64,000 nt of DNA from the NCBI GenBank assembly GCA_964016885.1, contig OZ024742.1, positions 147,870,001-147,934,000 of the forward strand, in the 5' to 3' direction. This document shows, in pieces, positions 54,233 to 64,000 of the stretch. How positions within the stretch are numbered: the first letter of the stretch is position 1; every line of letters starts with the position of its first letter. The translations under genes and the position numbers were made by a program. The notes under the pieces were generated by a model. It searched no databases, was not told where the DNA came from, and saw only the letters and a list, made by a program, of their open reading frames with translations. The DNA is from Eledone cirrhosa. Lineage: Eukaryota.

Positions 54233-55005
54233 TTTCTTAAACTAACCCATTCAGTATGTGTCTCATTTTAGATATGTCAAAATACAAGTACTCTACCTGG
54301 TTTAGATATTCATTTCTAAGAAAAACCATGACCAATCTAAACACATTCCCATAACTCTCTTGTGAGCTCACAATGCCTCCCAAGGGGAGACTGGCTACCT
54401 TAAGAATCACTGGCCTAAGATAATTTCTAATAGTACATAATTAAAATATTTGTTCTATCTCTGTGCATTCTGCAATCGAATCCTACTGAGGTCAACTTTA
54501 TTTTTCATCCTTTAGGTGTCAATGAAATAAAATACCAGTACAAGATGGTGGGATCGTGGAATTGTTTGAGTGTCAAACTAAATCCCTTGTGATATTTGTT
54601 CTAGCTCTTTGCATTCTGAATTCAAATTGTACTACAATCAATCACCAGGATTAATACCACCACCTTAGTCCTTTGGTGCTTTTAGTGGAATTCATTCTGT
54701 TGTAAGAATTTGGGCCAGGTCTCTTGTTTGAAGACATCTTCCTTCTTTCCTCTAACCAGTCCTAAAGGTCTCCAAAAGGGCCATGGGCACTGATATTTCT
54801 CGTGTGATTAAGCAGTTTAAAAAAACAATCTTACAAACATACTACTAGTGTGATGAATTTTAGTTATAATATGGAAAGGAATACTCTTGGGTCCCAAATA
54901 ATAGGGGTGGAGTGGGGTGAGTAAGCAGGGGGTTAGACATTTGCTTAAATTCTTATAAACAGAGGGAGCTGCAATAAATCCACTGCCCAATAATACAATA
55001 ATAAT

Positions 55006-55203
55006 AATAATGGTTTCTGATTTAGGCACAAGGCCAACAATTTTGGGGTAGGGGAAAGTCGATTAACTCGACTCCAGTGCGTGACTGGTACTTTATTTTA
55101 TCGACCCCGTAAGGATGAAAAGCAAAGCTAACCTCTGTGGGATGAGAACTCTGCCACAAAGCAGAGTATTCAACGCTTTACTGATACTGCCAATCCACTG
55201 CCC
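55006..55203 (-). mobile_element. SINE family A (long subtype) between (AAT)n tracts
   Basis: Matches the family A consensus. Confidence 0.85.
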
Positions 55204-55244
<41 letters not shown>

Positions 55245-56938
55245 CAACAACAATAACAACAACCACAAATAAGAAATCCATGCAAAATTTGTAACCAGGA
55301 AAACAAGTTTTCACAGCAACATTGAAATAATAACATACAACACATTATGAAGTTGTCCCATCAATAATAGAATATTAATGATATTGTAACTAAATGAGAT
55401 AACCAAGTATCAAAATAGTAATATCTAATGTAAATAAATAAATTTGAGAAGCAAAAATTAAAAGCTTAGCAAATAAAATTATGAATAGAAATAATAAAAA
55501 AAAAGTAAGTTTAACAGAATTTTCTGGGTAGAATATGTATTCTAAATAACTAGGGATTAAGAATTAAAACATTTACTATTCTATGGGGAAAAAACAATTT
55601 CAATATTTTTCATATTTTTTATAATGAAAATGTTAACATAAAATTATGAAATTAAAAAGAATATTTAGAAGGAATTAGTTTTAAAAATAAAAGGAAAGTT
55701 TGTGTTGTTGTTGTTAAGGTGTTGTTGAATAAATTAGCTTCATTTCTGGCTCACCTTCATAAAACAAATCGACAAAAAAAAAAACATTCATTAAAGACCA
55801 ACCTGTCCCACAGCAGAATGGATTCCTTGACACTGCGATGGCTAGTGAATAGAAAGCCATCAAAAGGGAATATAAAGTTTGAAAAATGTTCAATTTCTCA
55901 TGCAAAATAAAAGAGAGGTAACCTGCTGCAAAATTGCTATAGAAGATAATTTCAAAAAACAATTTTGTTGTTTTGATAAAAATGGGTACTTAAATTACTG
56001 CCAAATTTTTCATCAGGATAATATTTAAAATTAAAATAATGCATGTATATTTAGTTATCTTATTTTGTGTAATTAAGGAATATGTGGAAAAGAAAAAAAA
56101 ACTTAATTGATAAAAAGTAATTAGTCAAGCAGTGCCAAACTTGGACTCTGATCATAGTCCTAAAGTGAAAACTCACAATCTATGAAATGAGATGTCTGGT
56201 GAGCAACTGGTAAAATCAGCAGGGACTGGGTCAAAAACGAAGCCATTGGATGGTTGGTACCATACCCATCAACCAGCTCATAACTCAATAATGCATAAAA
56301 TAATTTGGTCACATGATTAGCATGCCAATTATCCAACCAACCCTGGGAGCGTATAATACTAAATACTCAGTCTTCATGGCCAGTTGAAGAACATACTGGT
56401 AGTGACTTGATGAAATCACAAACATGGCACTAGTGCCGCCTCACAATTTGCTGTAGATCACCAACTTCATCTCCCTACACTGTCTTCTCAGTAAGAGCAC
56501 ATAGACAAAAGAAGCCAAGCAAAAAAGAAAGCTTAAAATAGGAATCTCTCAGAATAATATATTTAGGGTTATTCATAATAAAATAAAAACATTACATTCA
56601 AGAACCAGTCTTATATTTAAATTTAAGGGATTCACCTGCATCAAATTTCTTTTTCAAACTCATTGAAATTGTTTCAGTAAAATGAAAACAAATATATAAA
56701 ATTTGCTATGACATAAACATCAGATAGGCTGTAACATCTTAGTAATAGAAATTTAATGAGATAGTATGAGGCTTACTTAACCATTTTGTGACTATATTTC
56801 TAATGAAATACACTGTGTTTTAAATAATGTTGGGAATGTTTAAGAATTTGACAGAATTTAGAGGGGTAACTTTTTCTTAATTAAGGTGAAGTTTGGAACA
56901 TAATGAATTTATGACGGAATATTTTCATTTAGATATGA

Positions 56939-57669
56939 ACATTTTGAAATAAGAAGTTTATGCAATAGAACTAGGGGCAGTATTAGATGTGTTAGTGGTA
57001 AATTTGGTTAAAAGAGAATAATGAAATAAAGCTGTTTAGTTCAAAATGTTAGGGAACCTACAAAACTGAAGATAATAAATGAACAACAAATGGTTTTGTT
57101 GTAAGTAATGGCATATGTTTAAACTAAATAAGATTGTTTGACTAAATAAATGTAAACAATGAGTATTTTCTTAAATAAGGAAAGTTCCAATGTAAATTAT
57201 GTCACAAAAGAAGCAAGTAATATCTTTAGTCAACACTATTTGCATTATTCATTTAACACAATAGATACTAGTCTACTAGCTGAGAGGTCAGCAAGTTATT
57301 TTCTTATGTATCACCAGTGCTATGCTGAGTCATAGGTTACTCTACCTATTGCTTAATAAGTATCCAAAGAGGTTCAGCTCACTTATTCAGGTGGCAAATA
57401 TACAATATAATTTGACAAGTGGTTCATTAACCCTTTAGCATTTAAACTGGTTTAAATGCTATTATATTGTATATTTGCCACCTGAATAAGTGAGCTGAAC
57501 CTCTTTGGATACTTATTAAGCAATAGGTAGAGTAACCTATGACTCAGCATAGCACTGGTGATACATAAGGAAATAACTTTATTTCATTATTCCCTTTTAA
57601 CCAAATTTACCACTAACACATCTAATATTGCCCCTAGTTCTATTGCATAAACTTCTTATTTCAAAATGT
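56939..57669. repeat. Composite templated inversion
   Basis: 57461-57669 is the reverse complement of 57293-57411 joined to the reverse complement of 56939-57031, with about 3 mismatches. Confidence 0.9.
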
Positions 57670-57674
57670 GAGGG

Positions 57675-57884
57675 TCCCAAACACAGAAAATACCTGCAAT
57701 AGCAGTTGATCACTATAAATAATAGTTGAGAAAATTGGGTAAATTACCTTAGAGACAGAAAAAAGTGAATAGAGGTATCTATTTGGAAGGCACCTTTGTC
57801 CACTTATAATGGTAGTTTATACAATTTTCTCAACTATAATTTATAGTGATCAACTGTTATTGCAGATATTTTCTGTGTTTGGGA
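57675..57884. repeat. Inverted repeat, about 63-bp arms
   Basis: tcccaaacacagaaaata...agttgagaaaattg / caattttctcaact...tattttctgtgtttggga. Confidence 0.88.
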
Positions 57885-58126
57885 GTCTAACATTTTCAAA
57901 TAACATTTTAAACATTCTGGAGAAGAAAATATAAAAAATTTATATATGTTGACTAAAAAGATGTGTTTATCAAGAGCTCTTCTTTTAATCAACATAATTT
58001 GCTTAAAATTTGTCAGGCAGTTCAATGGAGGTTAGAATCTTTACTTTCACACTCAATGGGAATAATAGTTATTTCTAGCATAGGCTCAAAATGAGAAAGT
58101 TTGGTGGGATAGAGTAGGTAGTCAAT

Positions 58127-58850
58127 TACTGACAGCAGCGATTTGCATTGGACAAAGCACATCTCTAAAATTGTCAAGAAGGCTGAGGGTGTCTTAGCAT
58201 CACTCAGCAAGACCTTTGTTAGCCGCTCTCCAGCCATCTATTTAAAGCTGTATACAGCTATGGTATGACCACACTTGGAATTCGCATCATCAGTCTGGAA
58301 CCCCTATCTTGTTCAGAACATTGACCGCCTGGAAACTGTTCAGAGACGTGCAACCAAGCACATACCCTCCATCAGACACCTACCATACTCTGAACACCTT
58401 GCTTCCCTGGGCATGGATTCATTGAAGTTCCGACATCTGGCAATGGACTTGGTAAACACCCACAAAGTTATTAACCATCTCGCCAACAACAACCCTGAGC
58501 ACCTTTTTGATCTCCATGTGTCTAACACATGTGGACATGCCTACAAAGTCAGAAAACAGCACAGCTCCCATGACTTTTGGAAACATTTTTGAAGCATGGA
58601 ACAAACTGCCTGCATCAGTTGTTAGCTGCCGAGACACTGCATCCTTTAAAACCCTCATGCTTCCCGAAATTCGTCAAAACTACACCTGATGTCCCCCTTC
58701 TATACACATGCACACATGTGTATATCATGACTCATGCACTGTTCATTTTCCTGACGTTTGTACATTACCCTATGTACTATACATACACTTTTGATGAGTT
58801 GTAGTGCACCTGAGCACTGTACACAATATTTTATTATATCATTATTATTA
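58127..58850 (+). mobile_element. CR1-like LINE 3' end (copy 1), inserted in a SINE A
   Basis: 'HLEFASSVWNPYL..NIDRLETVQRRATK'; the 3' UTR ends tagtgcacctgagcactgtacacaatattttatt. Confidence 0.88.
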
Positions 58851-59574
58851 ACTTGATCCCAGTACTTGACTAGTATTATATTTTATCAACCCTCAGAAGG
58901 ATGAAAGGCAAAGTTGACCTAGGTAGGATTTTAATTCAGAACACAAAGAGTTGTAACTAAATACTACAAGGCATTTTGTCTGACATTATTAATAATCGTA
59001 AATCAATTCAGTATAGCTTTTGAAGAGACTATCTCCTAAATACGTTACAGTTTACACACATAATACATACAATTATTAATAATAATAATAATAATAATAA
59101 GGATTTCTAGTATAGGCACAAGGCCAGTTTTATTAATAATAATAATAAAAAAAAAATATATAATCTGAGATTGCAGCAAGCTACCTCACAGATAATTTAT
59201 GAGTCATTTAAAGCAAAATATCAATTTCAGAGAAGCTATTTCAACTTACAGGGTTAGAGCCAATAAATAAGTTTCAAATGTCTCTTATCAATTGAATGGA
59301 TCTGAAATATTGCTGTTTTCATCTGTCTTATTCCTATTAGTATAAGCATACAACTAGCCTGGGTCTATTACCAGTCTCACATGGGCTATGATCTTAGTTC
59401 TAAGCTGAGCTGGCTGTAGTTGATAGTACCTGAAATGGGCCTCTATTCAGGGTTATGCACCTCGCCCTACATTGACTTCAAAATACTAGGTTAGTTTTCA
59501 GCCTGTGTTGAGAAGGATGGAGGGTTGGAGTGCAAACTAGCAACCTTACCCCCATTAATCCAAATTGCTACAGA

Positions 59575-59759
59575 AATAATTGTTTCTACTTTAGGCACAA
59601 GGCCAGCAGTTACCCAGTTCATTACTGGTACTTTATTTTATCGACCCCATAAGGATGAAAGGCAAAGTCAACCTCGGCGGGATTTGAACTCAGATCGTAA
59701 AGGGGCGTAACTATGCTGGAAAGCATGGCGTCCGACCCTCTACCGATACTGCCAATCCA
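59575..59759 (-). mobile_element. SINE family A (short subtype)
   Basis: Matches the family A consensus. Confidence 0.85.
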
Positions 59760-61090
59760 ATAATGAGCAGATAATTGGCCTTGGAGCAGGCTTGTGACAA
59801 AGCTTGCAACCATGCGGTTTTTAGATCTCTCGTCACCTAATGCTCTATGGGGGAGCAAAAGAAGTTACAACTAAATTAGCCTATTTTTTCAAATTTATGT
59901 ACACTAACTAACATCTTTGGATTGCTCTGCATTAATCTAACTACAGATATACATATCAACATTTTATATCAAACCATAAGTACTTCATACAGATGTTACC
60001 AAATGCACAAACATTTGTAATTATCAGATCTACATCAAAGCTTAATTTACCTCTATCTAAGTTTTATAGATTTTTTTCTCTCTTTTTGCAGTTCTACAAA
60101 ATCTTTCCAAACAGACATATCATATCTGTTGAAATTGTGCTGTAAACAAGTTCCATTCTTCAAACAGATAAAGGCAATGACTAAAACTTAATGAATCACT
60201 ATGACTCCCAGACACTGCACTATTATTTGCAGACTGATAATAGTTATCACAAAGTAACAAAATCGTGGAATGGATCCCCATCTCTTTTGACAAGTTGTTT
60301 GATCAACAGAACAGCCTGTTCATGAAACTAACTTGTTAGCGACTGAGCATTCCACAGACACGTGTACCCTTAATGTAATTCTCCAGCAGATTCAGTGTGA
60401 CACTGTGTGATAGAGCTGGCCATTGAATTACAAGAACAGTTCATCTGATGAACTTCTAATAAGTTTCTGTCTACCCAATTGAAATCACAAGGCATGGGTT
60501 GACCTGAGGCTATGATAAATGACACTTGCTCAAAATGTCACACAATGGGATCGAACCTGGGACTTAATGATTGGAAATGAACTTCATAACCATTTGGCCA
60601 TATATTACTAATATTGCTACAACTAAGTTATCTGGTAGAGAGTTGTATTTGACTCGTTAGTAATGAAAGGGAGATAATAAGATCAATGCACCAACAAAGA
60701 AAAAAAAAACAACAGAAGCAAATAAATGTATTGATTGAAATAAAAGTATCAGTGATCAAGTGATACACAGTTAAAGTATTTGTTGCTATTATCTACAAAA
60801 AAGAATAAAGGAGTAAATTTAATAATACATGTGTTTTAAAGGGCCAGCATAATCCAACAATTAGAAGGAATGTATAAATAAAGTTTATAATTTTATCAAT
60901 GATAATAAAGTTGTTTCATTGTAGGTCAGAAGGCTCCTCCAAATTAGAATTTATTGTGAGTGAATAAGAAGAGTGGTGTGGTTAATGTAGTATTAAAAAT
61001 ATTTGAAACTAATATAATGTGCAAACACATTAGATAGGGAAAATGTTCCATAAAACTGATACAAGAAATGAAGGATTGTATAGAATATAT

Positions 61091-61813
61091 CAGGGGTGGT
61101 GAACCTCTTTGGAAAGTGTATGCCCCCATTAGCAATAATCTTATAAAAGAATTCCATAGCAGACTCCCTAAAAAAAACCTTGTGTAATTGTAGGAAGTTT
61201 TAAGCAACTTATATTTGTATTTTACAAATTATTTTATAGAGAAAGAAGAAAAATGTATAAAAACATTCTTAGTCCTTTCATTACCAAATTTCTAATTAAA
61301 TACACTACTGGTGTGTTTTAATTAATCTTGAAAATAACCTAATATTTGGAAGAATTTAATAAAATAATCAAGTCTTTAATCAGTAAGCTGATTTTACTTA
61401 AGAAAAATGTCTTACATAAAATTATGAAAGGTTTTAATATAAAGATAAACATTTAACAATGAGCAGTTTTGTATCATAAATTCTGTCCATTTTCAAACAG
61501 TTTGGTATCAAAGGTGTTTAAAGAAATGATAATGTTAATTACAGCTAATACCTGTAAACTCAGGGGTCAAAGAAATATACATATTACCACTTGGACCAGA
61601 TGGTTACAATTTACTAACTAATATTTTTTTTTCATTTTTTTAAGGAGTGTATTACTGAATCCATGGCACCCACTCTTGGGGTGGCACATGATAAATTAAG
61701 GGTTGCTTTGTTTAATATAAAATCACTAACAAAAATGATTATATCTCCTGTGCCTCAATAAAATGTTTTTGTGTGCTACAATGAGTAGACATGCCTTAGG
61801 TTCACCACCCCTG
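61091..61813. mobile_element. hAT-like non-autonomous element with a nested M2 MITE
   Basis: Perfect 16-bp TIRs CAGGGGTGGTGAACCT / AGGTTCACCACCCCTG; TSD not preserved. Confidence 0.65.
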
Positions 61814-62945
61814 GAGTAGGAATGGAGGAGGATGCAGGGTAAGCATGTTATGAAGTTATGAAGAAGTACATCTGTTATTGTAGCTGAAGAAAAGAAACAG
61901 ATAGAGAAAGGAAAAAAGTAAGTTCTAGATGTAATAGAAGAAAACTTCATAGAGAGATATAGTTGAGTTTTTGTGGAATCATCCTATTGTTAGAACTGAA
62001 ATATTTCTTAAAGCTTTAAATGGCCATTATCATCACTGCTTTACTTCTATTTTCCTTGCTTGCATGAGTTTGATGGGTTGTCACACGAGCCTAGACAGAC
62101 AGGTCAGATGACTGTCTTGTTCACATGTTACCCGCTGACATGGTTTTTACAGCTGGATGCCCTTCCTAAAACCAACAACTTCATGACGTTTGCCAGGTTT
62201 ATTTTCTCATGGCTCTACTATTTACCACCTGACAAGAAGGACTTGGTACCTTTTTTGGGCGACTAGTACTACCACTTTACCACTTATAATTCATACTCAT
62301 AAAAGACACGCTAAGATTACATTACCTAGCATATTTTTTTCATTATCTATGACAGTATTGTGCATAAATATATATGATTTTAAAGATTAGACTAATTTAC
62401 TATCCAAAAAACTTAAAGGTAAATTATGTGAGTCATTAGTGAAAAGAAATTGATGGATAAAAAAGTCTTTCTGCAGGGAACTTGTAAATTTATTTGGCAT
62501 CAAGTATAAAATGCTATTTATAGCTTATTTTGATACAAGATATTTATTTTATTAGTCTTAAAAACTTGCAGTAGCTCTTCTAATGTACTTGCAATTAAAA
62601 ACTATGTGAATTACACACAGAAAGACCATGTGATATATGTGGTCCAAGAAGCCTTTGAAATAAAACATGTAACTGGTTGGATTTGCTATCTCCTGCGAAA
62701 ATAATGATTGCACGGATGTAGTTATGTATTTGAGTGTTTGTATGCATGCTCATTCATATGTGTGTGTTCATATGCGCACATATGCATGTGTCTGTGTGTG
62801 TGTGCATCCATGTAAGTGTGCGTATTTTCATTAAGTTGTAGGCTAAATTCATTTTTACTAAAATTTAGGTTCAAGTATAGTTCTATTTATGTCAATAATA
62901 AAATAGGTCAAGAAATAATAATACTCCCAAAATAGAAAATTTGAA

Positions 62946-63680
62946 TACTGTCAGCAGCGATTTGCGTTGGACAAAGCATGTCTCTAAGATTGTCAAGAAG
63001 GCCGAGGGTGTCTTGGCATCACTCAGCAAGACCTTTGTTAGCCACTCTCCAGCCATCTATTTAAAACTGTATACAGCTATGGTACGACCACACTTGGAAT
63101 TCGCATCATCAGTCTGGAACCCCTATCTTGCTCATAACATTGACCACCTGGAAACTGTTCAGAGACGTGCCACCAAGCGCATACCCTCCATCAGACACCT
63201 ACCATACTCTGAACGCCTTGCTTCCCTGGGCATGGATTCATTGAAGCTCCGACGTCTGGCAATGGACTTGGTAAATACCCACAAAGTTATTAACCATCTC
63301 GCCAGCAACAACCCTGAGCACCTTTTTGATTTCCATGTGTCTAACACATGTGGACATGCCTACAAAATCAGAAAACAGCACAGCTCCCATGATTTTCCTA
63401 AACATTTTTTCACGCTCAGAGTTGCTGAAGCATGGAACAAACTGCCTGCGTCAGTTGTTAGCTGCCGAGACACTGCATCCTTTAAGACACTCATGCTTCC
63501 CGAAATACGCCAAAACTACACCTGATGTACCCCTTCCATACACATGCACACATGTGTATATCATGACTCATGCACTGTTCATTTTCCTGACGTTTGTACA
63601 TTACCCTATGTACTATACATACACTTTTTGATGAGTTGTAGTGCACCTGAGCACTGTACACAATATTTTATTATATTATA
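62946..63680 (+). mobile_element. CR1-like LINE 3' end (copy 2), open RT C-terminal frame
   Basis: ORF 62941-63525 reads 'LYTAMVRPHLEFASSVWNPY...VQRRATKRIP...FFTLRVAEAWNKLP'; highly similar to copy 1. Confidence 0.9.
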
Positions 63681-64000
63681 TTAACTTGATATGCAGACTA
63701 TATATATATCATCATCATCATCACCATTTAATGAGTATTTTCCATGTTTTTTTCCAAACTGTTACATGCTAAGACCTGACTAGTCAGGTGTCCATGTCCT
63801 GCTCACACATTCCATTTTGACTTAGTTTCTACAACTGGATGTCCTTCCTAATGCCAACCACTTTACAGTGTGTTCTGGGAGCATTTTATCATGACTCCAG
63901 CACTACCATCTCACAGGGTGGATAGAGTGCATTCCGGCACCAACACAACCACTTACATGATAGATTGGGTGCTTTCTGTTGAGACACCAGCACTACTACT

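Noticed and set aside
55714-55962. 82-aa minus-strand ORF with nearby donor-like sites
   Set aside because: No homology recognised and no consistent acceptor, donor and phase combination with the 660-bp exon.
60444-60470. CTGATGA followed by a short hairpin (also CTGATGA at about 4011 and CTGACGA at about 37804)
   Set aside because: No correctly placed GAAA, stem III and stem I, so not hammerheads.
62941-63525. 194-aa ORF as a host gene
   Set aside because: It is the C-terminal part of a 5'-truncated CR1-like ORF2 and lacks the RT core.

Overview
AT-rich, repeat-dense animal genomic DNA. The SINE families, the (TA)n/(CA)n/(GAT)n microsatellites and the long introns suggest a coleoid cephalopod such as Octopus (inference, not a database result). 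The window lies mostly inside the introns of a minus-strand gene. Two exons (7701-7776 and 534-707) encode the conserved N-terminal block of a RASSF2/4/6-type Ras-association protein. A phase-compatible 660-bp Ser/Pro-rich exon (43706-44365) probably lies upstream of them. The rest is transposon-derived: at least two tRNA-derived SINE families; RTE, CR1/L2-like and HERO-type LINE fragments; a decayed Penelope-like (PLE) reverse transcriptase; and piggyBac-, hAT-, Tigger-, mariner- and Helitron-type non-autonomous elements. The most unusual signals are (i) a minimal hammerhead ribozyme and a second half-hammerhead, each in a fold-back insertion at a (TA)n tract, and (ii) a high density of long inverted repeats and templated inversions inside the transcription unit. 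Most ORFs in the supplied track are microsatellite or repeat artefacts. Repeat boundaries are approximate unless TIRs or TSDs are given.
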